A stretch of 63,222 nt of DNA, filler included. It is 4 parts of 4 records of this genome, joined end to end, with 100 filler letters (N's around TTAATTAATTAA, not from the genome) between each part and the next. Parts side by side here need not be neighbours in the genome. Positions count along the whole stretch, not along the records: positions 1 to 22,664 come from SRR22947727_1161; 3 more parts are not named here. One strand, 5' to 3'. Positions 1 to 9,662 of this stretch are shown here, piece after piece. A program made the position numbers and the translations under genes. Each line of letters opens with the position of its first letter. The stretch's first letter is position 1. The notes beneath the pieces are model-generated. The model worked only from the letters and a program-made list of their open reading frames with translations, made no database searches and had not been told where the DNA came from.

Positions 1-367
1 ACATAAATGTTTTGTAATAAAATCCAGCTGAAATAAATGGGTGAATGTAATCGTTTAATGCAAGAATATCAAACTTAACACTGCCTATGTAATTCTGTGA
101 ATTAGCCTTAAGTCCATCATACAATTTAATAGATGTAGCCCTCCTATTTGGCTCATGTGTGTTCGAACCTTCAAGTTTTACAAGAGCATTTGGCTCCTCT
201 GAACCAGATCCGAAAATACCTCTAGGTCTGTGGTACTTAAAACTGCGGCCAACTATTTTTACATTTTTTCTCAGTAGCGCTGATGCTAGGGTGTCACCTT
301 CATAACCCTCATAATGTTTACCATTAAATTGAAACTTTAATATTTTATCATAATTAACAAGAATCAT
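1..367 (-). CDS. soxA: Sarcosine oxidase subunit alpha, N-terminal part (runs off window edge)
   Basis: Not in ORF track; translated by hand from ATG at 367 (ATGA overlap with soxD stop): MILVNYDKILKFQFNGKHYEGYEGDTLASALL...VGRSFKYHRPRGIFGSGSEEPNALV, the SoxA N-terminal signature. Confidence 0.93.
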   Translation of the reverse strand, partial: MILVNYDKILKFQFNGKHYEGYEGDTLASALLRKNVKIVGRSFKYHRPRGIFGSGSEEPNALVKLEGSNTHEPNRRATSIKLYDGLKANSQNYIGSVKFDILALNDYIHPFISAGFYYKTFM

Positions 368-642
368 TTATTTTCTCGTTTATATTCTGAAGCTAGTTCT
401 ACTCTAATTATTTCATGAGTTACGGTATTTCTTGTCAAAACAAGCCAAGATCTATCTCCTTGTTCATGAAACCAAAGTTCCTTCATAAAGCCATGGGTGT
501 TATCACGAATGTACTGGTACTCGTAATAATCCTCCAATAGCGATTCAGAGTTTGGATCTGGCCGATTAAATAATATTGCATCACCACGGTATGTGAATTC
601 TGACGAGTCTCTTGGTCCTAAAAGTGGGTGATTAATTATCAT
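364..642 (-). CDS. soxD: Sarcosine oxidase subunit delta
   Basis: GPRDSSEFTY, YIRDN, ELWFH..G.R.W, RNTVTHEI motifs; lies between soxB and soxA. Confidence 0.92.
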   Translation of the reverse strand: MIINHPLLGPRDSSEFTYRGDAILFNRPDPNSESLLEDYYEYQYIRDNTHGFMKELWFHEQGDRSWLVLTRNTVTHEIIRVELASEYKRENK

Positions 643-1892
643 TAGTGTAAGTTAGGCTGAGCGCCTTGTCCTTTTTCATCTATCGTAAGTCCAGATTTAA
701 ATCTATCTAGTGTATAGTTTTTTGCAACTTCGTGATGAGTATCAGTTGCTAGTAAATGTGCGAAGCTATATCCGCTTGCAGGGGTCGCTTTAAATCCACC
801 GTAGCACCAACCACCATTAAAATATAAACCAGATATATGTGTTTTATCTATAATTGGTGATCCATCCATGGACATGTCCATTATTCCTCCCCACATCCTT
901 AGTAGCCTAGCCTTTCCAATCATGGGCATAAGAGAAACTCCTCCCTCACACACATCTTCGACTACAGGTAAGTTTCCCCTTTGCGCATAACTATTATAAC
1001 CATCGATATCACCGCCAAAAACAAGCCCGCCTTTATCAGATTGACTTACGTAAAAATGTCCAGCGCCATATGTTATCACACCAGGTAGTATAGGCTTTAA
1101 TCCCTCACTAACAAATGCTTGAAGAACATGACTTTCAATTGGGAGCCTCATTCCAGCCATATTCATTACTTTGGAACTGTTTCCCGCTACTGCTACGCCT
1201 ATCTTATTTGCTTTTATGTTGCCTTTATTAGTTTTGACGCCGATACATTTGCCATTAACGATTTCAAAGCCGACTACTTCACAATTTTCTATAATATCAA
1301 CACCATATTTATCTGCTGCATGCGCGTAACCCCATGCAACAGCATCGTGCCGTACTGTTCCTCCACGTGGTTGCCATAACCCGCCTTTAATCGGAAATCT
1401 TGCATTTTCATAATTAAGGAAAGGATATTTCTTTTTCACTTCGTCTTGGTTCAGCAAAATAGCATCTGTTCCATGAATTCTCATAGTATTTCCTCGACGA
1501 ATGTAGGAGTCCCTTTGTACATCTGAATGAAATAAATTAATAATACCTCTCTGGCTTACCATTGCATTATAATTTATGTCTTTTTCAATACGTTCCCATA
1601 ATTTTAATGAAAATTCATAAAAAGCCTGGTTATTATTTAACATGTAGTTAGATCTTATAATTGTGGTGTTTCGGCCAACATTACCTCCGCCGATCCACCC
1701 TTTTTCTAATACGGCAATTTTTGTTTGTTTATATTTTTTGGCTAAATAGTAAGCAGTAGCCAACCCATGTCCACCACCACCAATTATAATTATGTCATAG
1801 CTTTTTTTTGGTTCGGATTTTTGCCATACTGGTTTCCACCCCCTATGACCGGTTAAAGCTTCCTTAATTATTTTTAGTGCCGAATAAGTCAT
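642..1892 (-). CDS. soxB: Sarcosine oxidase subunit beta
   Basis: GGGGHGLATAYYLAK FAD motif, GRNTTIIRSNY, GGFKATP. Confidence 0.96.
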   Translation of the reverse strand: MTYSALKIIKEALTGHRGWKPVWQKSEPKKSYDIIIIGGGGHGLATAYYLAKKYKQTKIAVLEKGWIGGGNVGRNTTIIRSNYMLNNNQAFYEFSLKLWERIEKDINYNAMVSQRGIINLFHSDVQRDSYIRRGNTMRIHGTDAILLNQDEVKKKYPFLNYENARFPIKGGLWQPRGGTVRHDAVAWGYAHAADKYGVDIIENCEVVGFEIVNGKCIGVKTNKGNIKANKIGVAVAGNSSKVMNMAGMRLPIESHVLQAFVSEGLKPILPGVITYGAGHFYVSQSDKGGLVFGGDIDGYNSYAQRGNLPVVEDVCEGGVSLMPMIGKARLLRMWGGIMDMSMDGSPIIDKTHISGLYFNGGWCYGGFKATPASGYSFAHLLATDTHHEVAKNYTLDRFKSGLTIDEKGQGAQPNLH

Positions 1893-2068
1893 TCATTTAT
1901 CTCTTTATTATATATTTAAACTAAAAAGACACAGTCTCAATCGTTGATATATCTGATTAGTAAGATTTAAATGAAACAATTAGTATTAAGAATAGTTTAT
2001 ATAATTATTATGTAACTATTTAATATTTATAATTTGAGCTATGTTAAAATATAAAAATTAAATTTTAA

Positions 2069-2446
2069 ATGAAGAGTAATTATATGATTGGATATGTAAC
2101 TTTAGGGGTTCGAGATCTAGAGGTCTCAAAAAAATTCTATACAGCATTATTAAATTCGAAAGTTTTAGTGGATGTGGGACGTTTAGTTATGATTGGAAAA
2201 GATATGGCACAGCCAAAGATAGCAGTATGCCTTCCATTTAATGATAATGACCCAAGCCCCGGTAATGGTGTGATGGTTGCATTTCCTGGGGGTTCAAAAG
2301 AAGGAGTGGTCGAGTTTTATAATAAAGCTATAGAACTTGGTGCTTTGTGTGATGGAGAGCCAGGACAGCGAATAGATGGTGTATTTTATGGTGCCTACGT
2401 TAAAGACCCAGATGGAAATAAGCTTTGTTTCTTTGATTTCAGTTAA
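2069..2446 (+). CDS. VOC/glyoxalase family protein
   Basis: IGYVTLGV.D, GNG.MVAF, FYGAYVKDPDGNKL. Confidence 0.88.
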   Translation: MKSNYMIGYVTLGVRDLEVSKKFYTALLNSKVLVDVGRLVMIGKDMAQPKIAVCLPFNDNDPSPGNGVMVAFPGGSKEGVVEFYNKAIELGALCDGEPGQRIDGVFYGAYVKDPDGNKLCFFDFS

Positions 2447-2496
2447 TATGATTTAAGGATTTATGATTAGGTATCATATCATTTATTTTTAATTAA

Positions 2497-2572
<76 letters not shown>

Positions 2573-2687
2573 ATTCTTACGATTAATATATCGAGAATAA
2601 ACGGCGTTATAGTGAAAGCAATTGCACCTGTCTATCCTGTTTTTCTATCTAATTTATATTTTAGCAAGGAAATATAGTCTTTGCCTT

Positions 2688-2702
2688 TGAGAATTATTCG
2701 CA
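2688..2702 (+). promoter_or_regulatory. Putative Fur-type iron-regulator box (7-1-7 inverted repeat) upstream of feoA
   Basis: TGAGAAT-T-ATTCGCA, one mismatch from a perfect palindrome, between a TTGCCT -35-like hexamer and the feoA start. Confidence 0.7.
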
Positions 2703-2715
2703 TTAAGTATATCTA

Positions 2716-2946
2716 ATGACCTTAGATCAATTATCATGTAATCAAAAAGCTAAAATAACGGGATTTGATCCTCTTTTTTTAGAACTGGAGACCAGATTAA
2801 GGGAAATAGGGTTTTCTGAAGGCGATGAAGTAACTGTACTTCATTTTGGACCAATTGGTAAGAATCCTATGTCAATTAAATTGAATGGTGCTCTCATTGC
2901 ACTTAGAAAAAATGAAGCTAAATATATTTTTGTTAAGTTATTATAG
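2716..2946 (+). CDS. feoA: Ferrous iron transport protein A
   Basis: RLREIGF.EG..V, P, IALRK.EA FeoA pattern; directly upstream of feoB. Confidence 0.92.
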   Translation: MTLDQLSCNQKAKITGFDPLFLELETRLREIGFSEGDEVTVLHFGPIGKNPMSIKLNGALIALRKNEAKYIFVKLL

Positions 2947-4793
2947 TGTCGAATATTAAAGAAAAAAATATCCGATTAGCACTTCTAGGTGCTCCTAATT
3001 GTGGAAAAACCTCTCTTTTTAATGCTCTAACAGGAGGCCGTGCAAAAGTGGCTAACTATCCAGGAGTTACTGTGGAGTATAGAAAGGGCGAATTCTCTTT
3101 ACCTAATAATAATCCAGTTGAGCTATTGGATTTGCCAGGTGTGTATGGTGATTGTGGACATTCTATGGATGAAAAAGTAGCTATAGATGCTGTCCGGGGG
3201 AATTTAGTCGGAGAGAGATCCCCTGATGGATTGATATTTATGATGGATGCTTCACATATTAATACGCATTTGCATAATCTGCTTCAGGCAAAAAGTTATG
3301 GGTTACCAATAATCTTAGTATTGAATATGATGGATATTGCAGCCCGCGATGGGATTGAAATAAACATTCCAAAACTTGAATCACTTCTAGGTATACCTAT
3401 CATTAGTTGCGTTGCTGTTCGAAATAAGGGTAGAGTACATTTATTAGAATTTCTAAACGAATGGACTGCTAAATTATTCGATGGTTCAGCTTCAATACCT
3501 AATAAAGAAAATAATAGTCTCAAAGACTTACAGTTAAAATCTCGACAAATAACTAATACTACAGTTAGACAGCTAGAGATTGCTCCAACTATCACTCAAA
3601 AAATAGATAATATAGTTTTGCATCCATTATTGGGAATTATTTTTTTATCTGGTTTGTTAATATTTATGTTTCAAGCTGTTTATTGGTGGGCCGCACCTTT
3701 TATGGATGGAATTGACCTTATTTTTTCAAAACTTCAATTTATAGTAGATTCGAATCTTCCTAATACTTGGCTTAAGTCGCTCATATCTGATGGAATTATT
3801 GCTGGGGTAGGAAGTGTAATTATTTTCTTACCTCAAATTATTATATTATTTGCTTTTATTTTATTATTGGAAGCATCTGGTTACATGACACGTGCTGCAT
3901 TTTTAGTAGACTCATTAATGGCTAAAGTAGGTTTGAATGGACGAGCATTCATTCCACTGCTTTCTAGTTTTGCCTGTGCTATACCTGGAATTATGGCATC
4001 AAGAACCATTGAACAAGAAAAGGATAGACTCACAACCATACTTATAGCGCCCTTAATGACATGTTCAGCACGGTGGCCTGTGTATATAATGATCATTGGT
4101 GCTTTTATACCAGATATTAATATTGGTTTTTTAGGTCTACAAGGGTTGGTGGCTTTTAGTTTAGTTCTTGGTGGTATTGTATTTGCCATGATAATGGCTT
4201 TTATTTTTAAAAGAACCTTAATGAATAATGCAAAATCAATTTTATTAATCGAACTGCCTAGTTATAAATTACCAGTAATAAAAGATTACTTTATAGGGTT
4301 ATGGGATCGAGCATTAATATTCATTAACCGTGCTGGCCGAATAATATTACCTGCGTCAATAATAATTTGGTTCCTTGCTAGCTATCCAACAAAATCTAAC
4401 GGAATAGTTGGTACATTTGCAGGTAAAATTGGGAGTTTAATTGAGCCTATTCTAAGGCCAATTGGCTTTAATTTAGAAATTGCCATTAGTTTAATACCCG
4501 GGATGGCAGCTCGTGAGGTTGTTGTAGGTGCACTGGCAACAATTTATTCGCTTGATAGTGAAGCTTTAGATGGGCCACTCAAAGAAACACTGCAAAATAG
4601 CTGGTCATTACCTACCGCATTGTCGTTTTTAGTATGGTTTGTTTTTGCACCTCAGTGTCTCTCAACATTAGCGATTATGAGAAAAGAAACAAATAGTTGG
4701 AAATGGCCTCTTTTTGCCTTTTTCTATTTATTTACTCTAGCATATCTAATGGCTGGTATCACATATCAAATAGCAGTTCATTTAGGCTTATAA
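2946..4793 (+). CDS. feoB: Ferrous iron transport protein B
   Basis: GAPNCGKT G1, VANYPGVTVE, DLPG, NMMD, then membrane domain with SSFACAIPGIM and PLMTCSAR. Confidence 0.96.
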   Translation: MSNIKEKNIRLALLGAPNCGKTSLFNALTGGRAKVANYPGVTVEYRKGEFSLPNNNPVELLDLPGVYGDCGHSMDEKVAIDAVRGNLVGERSPDGLIFMMDASHINTHLHNLLQAKSYGLPIILVLNMMDIAARDGIEINIPKLESLLGIPIISCVAVRNKGRVHLLEFLNEWTAKLFDGSASIPNKENNSLKDLQLKSRQITNTTVRQLEIAPTITQKIDNIVLHPLLGIIFLSGLLIFMFQAVYWWAAPFMDGIDLIFSKLQFIVDSNLPNTWLKSLISDGIIAGVGSVIIFLPQIIILFAFILLLEASGYMTRAAFLVDSLMAKVGLNGRAFIPLLSSFACAIPGIMASRTIEQEKDRLTTILIAPLMTCSARWPVYIMIIGAFIPDINIGFLGLQGLVAFSLVLGGIVFAMIMAFIFKRTLMNNAKSILLIELPSYKLPVIKDYFIGLWDRALIFINRAGRIILPASIIIWFLASYPTKSNGIVGTFAGKIGSLIEPILRPIGFNLEIAISLIPGMAAREVVVGALATIYSLDSEALDGPLKETLQNSWSLPTALSFLVWFVFAPQCLSTLAIMRKETNSWKWPLFAFFYLFTLAYLMAGITYQIAVHLGL

Positions 4794-4893
4794 TTTTTGT
4801 CTAATCCACAAATTCTAGTTTCTTAATACTGGTTTTACTTCGGCTATTATGTAATCCTTAAATTATAGAATCAGTAATTTTGTGGATGAATTT

Positions 4894-6888
4894 ATGACTG
4901 AAATATCAAAATCTGAATTTGAACACAAATTAATGAGTAATGCGATTACAGCGTTATCTATGGATGCAGTTCAGGCAGCAAATTCAGGTCATCCGGGTAT
5001 GCCGATGGGAATGGCTGACGCTGCAACTGTGCTTTTTGCAAAATTCCTTAAATTTAACCCTAAAGATCCGAATTGGCCGGATCGTGACCGTTTTATTCTT
5101 TCGGCAGGCCATGGATCTATGCTCATTTACAGTTTACTTCACTTAACAGGATACAAGGCTGTTAATATGGAGCAAATCAAGAACTTCAGACAACTAGGTT
5201 CTATTACTGCGGGACACCCAGAATATGGACATGTCCCCGGAGTTGAAACTACTACTGGACCCTTGGGGCAGGGTATATCGAATGCAGTAGGTTTTGCTAT
5301 TGCAGAAAGACAAATGAATGCGCGTTTTGGTGATGATCTAGTTGATCATTATACTTATGTAATAGCAGGAGATGGTTGTTTAATGGAGGGTATCTCGCAG
5401 GAGGCTATTTCATTAGCTGGGCATCTGAAATTAAATAAACTAATTGTGTTATGGGATGATAATAACATAACAATAGATGGAGCTGTAGGCATATCTGATA
5501 GTACAGATCAAAAAAAGAGATTTGAGGCCTGTAACTGGGATGTAATAAAAGTTGATGGTCATAATGCAAAAAAGGTCAGTAATGCAATTCGGAGAGCTAG
5601 AAAATCATTAAAGCCTACTTTGATTGCTTGCAAAACCATCATAGGAAAGGGGTCGCCAACAAAGTCCGGAACTTCCAAGGTTCACGGTGCTCCTTTAGGT
5701 GCTGAAGAAATAATTGAAACGAGAAAGGCTATTGGTTGGAGTCATGATTCATTTATTATTCCTGATGAGGTCTACAGGCTTTGGAAAAAACCAGGAAGAA
5801 AAGGTCGTTCAGAACAGAAATCATGGGAAAAAAGACTTAAAGAATCTTCAGTTATGACGGAATTTAATAGAGCTATTAATGGTATCTTAAATGAAGGCTG
5901 GAAGAAAAATATGCTGGAATACAAGAAAGATCTAGTTAAGACTTCGCCTACATTAGCAACTAGAGCTTCTTCAGGTAACGCATTGAAAGTACTTACTTCT
6001 TCATTAACAGACATGATTTCTGGATCTGCTGACCTTGAAGGGTCTAATAAAACAAAAACACCATCTACAGAATCAGAAATTCAATTTAATAACTATGGTG
6101 GTAGATACATTAACTATGGGATCAGGGAACATGTGATGGGTGCAGCTATGAATGGAATGGCACTCCATGGCGGCATAATACCTTATTCCGGAACTTTTCT
6201 TGTTTTTGCAGATTATTGCCGACCTGCAATCAGACTATCAGCAATAATGGGCATTAGAGTGATTTATGTTATGACTCATGATTCCATTGGTGTGGGTGAA
6301 GATGGCCCTACTCATCAACCGGTTGAACATGTTGCCTCTCTAAGGGCCATACCTAACCTATATGTCTTTCGTCCTGCAGACGCTATAGAAACAGCCGAGT
6401 GTTGGGAAATTTCAGTTGAGAGAACATCTGGTCCATCTTTACATGCATTAACGCGGCAAAATCTTCCTTCAGTTCGAGATTCTGTTGATAAAAATGAGTC
6501 TAAATTAGGAGCATATGTGCTCAGAAAGAGTAGCAGAAAATGTCAGATTACTTTATTGGCTAGTGGCTCGGAGGTTCATCTAGCTGTTGCGGCTTATGAT
6601 AAGCTTAACTCACTGGGAATTTCATCAAAAGTGGTATCTGTTCCCTGTCTTGACTTATTTTTAGAGCAAGATGATGATTATATTAACGAAGTTATAGGTG
6701 AAAATTTACCTAAAATAGTTATTGAAGCAGGTATAAGACAAGGTTGGGAAGGAATAATTAATCGAAAAGATGGCTTTGTAGGTATGAGTAGTTTTGGGGC
6801 TTCAGCTCCAGGGAATGAATTGTTCAATCATTTTGGTATAACGACTGAAGCCATTGTTAACAAAGCTAAGAAAATGTTAGATTTATAA
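4894..6888 (+). CDS. tkt: Transketolase
   Basis: SGHPGMPMG, DRDRFILSAGHGS, GDGCLMEG, THDSIGVGEDGPTHQP; ATG at 4894 preferred to GTG at 4882. Confidence 0.97.
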   Translation: MTEISKSEFEHKLMSNAITALSMDAVQAANSGHPGMPMGMADAATVLFAKFLKFNPKDPNWPDRDRFILSAGHGSMLIYSLLHLTGYKAVNMEQIKNFRQLGSITAGHPEYGHVPGVETTTGPLGQGISNAVGFAIAERQMNARFGDDLVDHYTYVIAGDGCLMEGISQEAISLAGHLKLNKLIVLWDDNNITIDGAVGISDSTDQKKRFEACNWDVIKVDGHNAKKVSNAIRRARKSLKPTLIACKTIIGKGSPTKSGTSKVHGAPLGAEEIIETRKAIGWSHDSFIIPDEVYRLWKKPGRKGRSEQKSWEKRLKESSVMTEFNRAINGILNEGWKKNMLEYKKDLVKTSPTLATRASSGNALKVLTSSLTDMISGSADLEGSNKTKTPSTESEIQFNNYGGRYINYGIREHVMGAAMNGMALHGGIIPYSGTFLVFADYCRPAIRLSAIMGIRVIYVMTHDSIGVGEDGPTHQPVEHVASLRAIPNLYVFRPADAIETAECWEISVERTSGPSLHALTRQNLPSVRDSVDKNESKLGAYVLRKSSRKCQITLLASGSEVHLAVAAYDKLNSLGISSKVVSVPCLDLFLEQDDDYINEVIGENLPKIVIEAGIRQGWEGIINRKDGFVGMSSFGASAPGNELFNHFGITTEAIVNKAKKMLDL

Positions 6889-7304
6889 TGAAAGAGCTAC
6901 CTGGAGATGTTTTTGTAACTGGTCAGCTTTTAGCAACGCAAATGTCAGCTTTAATAGATCAGGGAGTTATGACATTCATAAATAATAGACCTGATATGGA
7001 AGTTTCATTACAACCAACATCTGAAGAATTAGAAAAAATAGCAAGGGACAGGGGGGTTGATTATCATCATATACCTATGACCGGCGGAGTAACACAAGGT
7101 TTAATAGAGGCATCTAAAACAGTATTCTCGGATTTGCCTAGGCCTATAGTAGCATTCTGTGCCAGTGGCATGAGAAGCTCTGTTTTATGGGCATTTGCTA
7201 ATGTCCAAGTTTTAGGTGTTGATGAGGTAATGAATGCTTTGACTAAAACAGGTTTTAATTTGGAACAAATTAGAGTTCCTTTGGCGCAGTCTTTAAAAAA
7301 ATAG
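6888..7304 (+). CDS. TIGR01244/DUF442 family sulfurtransferase/phosphatase-like protein
   Basis: FINNRPD.E and AFCASG.RS motifs. Confidence 0.85.
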   Translation: MKELPGDVFVTGQLLATQMSALIDQGVMTFINNRPDMEVSLQPTSEELEKIARDRGVDYHHIPMTGGVTQGLIEASKTVFSDLPRPIVAFCASGMRSSVLWAFANVQVLGVDEVMNALTKTGFNLEQIRVPLAQSLKK

Positions 7305-7411
7305 ATTTTAGGCTCTTTTATGGCTAATATTAATCTTTGCTTTATCCATATATGCTACATTATCGGTAATTTTTTGGTTCTCATAGTAATATATGAATTA
7401 GGTTAGATTAA

Positions 7412-9661
7412 ATGGTTGATAATATAACTAGTGATAAATCGATAATTATCGATGAGCATATTGATGATGCGCTTTCTTCACGATATCTTGCATATGCATT
7501 ATCAACTATTACTCAAAGGGCTCTACCCGATGTCAGGGATGGCTTAAAGCCGGTTCACAGGCGAATTTTGTATGCGATGCGTCAATTAAAACTTAATCCC
7601 GAAAATGCTTATAAAAAATCAGCAAGAATAGTTGGTGATGTGATGGGGCAATATCACCCGCATGGTGATGCATCAATATATGATGCTCTTGTGAAATTAA
7701 GTCAAAGTTTTTCAACACGATACCCATTAGTCGATGGACAAGGCAATTTTGGTAACATTGATGGTGATAGCCCTGCTGCAATGAGGTATACAGAAGCTAA
7801 AATGACTTCTGCTGGAGTTGCTTTATTAGACGGGCTTGATGAAAACTCAGTTGATTTCTCATCAACCTATAATGAAGAGGATGAAGAACCTGATGTTTTG
7901 CCAGCTGGATTTCCAAACCTTTTAGCTAATGGTTCCCATGGGATTGCTGTAGGGATGGCAACTTCAATTCCTCCGCATAACGTATCAGAAATTTGTTCTG
8001 CTGCATTACATTTAATTAAAACACCCAATGCACGGGTATCTACATTAATGGAATATATTAAGGGGCCTGATCTACCTACAGGAGGTATTATTGTAGAAAC
8101 AAAAGAATCTATGCTGGAAGCCTATAAAACAGGAAAAGGAGGGTTTAAAGTAAGGTCAAAATGGTCAACCGAAGACCTAGGCCGCGGTATGTATCAAATA
8201 ATTATTACTGAGATACCCTACCAGGTTCAAAAATCTCGTTTAATTGAAAAATTAGCAGAAGTTATAGAGTCTAAAAAGGCACCATGGCTCGAAGATGTAA
8301 GAGACGAATCTACTGAAGACGTTCGTATTGTTCTTGAACCTAAAAGTAAAAATATTGACCCTCACTTATTAATGGAGAGCTTATTCAAAATTACTGAATT
8401 AGAAAGCCGAGCTTCACTTAATATGAATGTTTTAGATGCAACTCGAACACCTCGTGTCATGAACCTCAAAGAAGTTATTCAAAGTTATTTAGATCACTTG
8501 CGTGAAGTTTTACTTAGAAGATCAAAACAGCGTCTTGAAAAAATTAATTATAGGCTAGAGGTCTTAGATGGCTATATGAAGGCGTTCCTTAACTTAGATG
8601 AAGTTATAAGAATTATACGATATGAAGATAAACCTAAAATAGAGCTAATAAGTCATTTCCAACTTACTGAAAGACAAGCTGATGCAATTTTAAATATGCG
8701 TTTGCGTGCTTTAAATAAATTGCAAGAAATTGAAATTAGTAACGAGAATAATCTTCTACTTGCGGAGAAAAATAATATTGAGACATTACTTGAATCGCCA
8801 GGTGAACAATGGAGTAGGATATCTGATCAAGTTAAGGCAATTAAAAATGAGTACAATTTAAAAACTGTTTTAGGTGCTAGAAGGACATCATTTTCTAATC
8901 TTCCAGAGATTGATATAGATTTAAGCAGAGCTTTCATACAAAAAGAACCAATAACTGTTGTTATGTCGGAAAAAGGCTGGATCAGAGCAATGAAAGGTCA
9001 TAGCTCTGATAAAAGTGTTATTAAATACAAAGATGATGACAAAGAAAGATTTTTTCTACAATGTTTAACTACAGATAAATTAATTATTTTTGCTTCAAAC
9101 GGTAAGTTTTATACAATTGGAGCTGACAAATTGCCCGGAGGTAGGGGTAATGGAGAACCAATAAGACTTCTCATCGATTTAGAAAATGATCATGAGCCTG
9201 TTGGAATGTTTGTTTATAATTCCGATAGAAATCTTTTAGTTGCCAGTTCTGACGGGTATGGTTTTCGGGTTAAAGAATCTGATATCGTTGCATCAACTAA
9301 AGGGGGAAGAAAGACTTTAAATGTAAAAGGTGATGCAGAAGCAATTCGATGTATTGAGATAGTAGGAGAGAAAATTGCTTCTATTGGAGAAAACCGTAAA
9401 ATATTAGTTTTCAATATCGATGAGCTCCCTGAAATGACTAGAGGGAAAGGGGTTAGGCTTCAAAAATATAAAGATGGTGGCCTTGCTGATGTGACTACAT
9501 TTAAAGAGGATGAAGGGCTTAGTTTTATTGATAGCTCTGGGAGGTCAAATACAGTACAAGACTGGAAGATTCTCCAAGGAAGACGGGCTGGAGCCGGTCG
9601 CTTAGCACCACGAGGTTTTTCTCGACAAGGTCTTTTTTCTCCGGATAAAAGGCTTAATTAG
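7412..9661 (+). CDS. parC: DNA topoisomerase IV subunit A
   Basis: [29 protein letters not shown]; about 750 aa with short CTD and [14 protein letters not shown] as in alphaproteobacterial ParC. Confidence 0.95.
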   Translation: MVDNITSDKSIIIDEHIDDALSSRYLAYALSTITQRALPDVRDGLKPVHRRILYAMRQLKLNPENAYKKSARIVGDVMGQYHPHGDASIYDALVKLSQSFSTRYPLVDGQGNFGNIDGDSPAAMRYTEAKMTSAGVALLDGLDENSVDFSSTYNEEDEEPDVLPAGFPNLLANGSHGIAVGMATSIPPHNVSEICSAALHLIKTPNARVSTLMEYIKGPDLPTGGIIVETKESMLEAYKTGKGGFKVRSKWSTEDLGRGMYQIIITEIPYQVQKSRLIEKLAEVIESKKAPWLEDVRDESTEDVRIVLEPKSKNIDPHLLMESLFKITELESRASLNMNVLDATRTPRVMNLKEVIQSYLDHLREVLLRRSKQRLEKINYRLEVLDGYMKAFLNLDEVIRIIRYEDKPKIELISHFQLTERQADAILNMRLRALNKLQEIEISNENNLLLAEKNNIETLLESPGEQWSRISDQVKAIKNEYNLKTVLGARRTSFSNLPEIDIDLSRAFIQKEPITVVMSEKGWIRAMKGHSSDKSVIKYKDDDKERFFLQCLTTDKLIIFASNGKFYTIGADKLPGGRGNGEPIRLLIDLENDHEPVGMFVYNSDRNLLVASSDGYGFRVKESDIVASTKGGRKTLNVKGDAEAIRCIEIVGEKIASIGENRKILVFNIDELPEMTRGKGVRLQKYKDGGLADVTTFKEDEGLSFIDSSGRSNTVQDWKILQGRRAGAGRLAPRGFSRQGLFSPDKRLN

Positions 9662-9662
9662 G

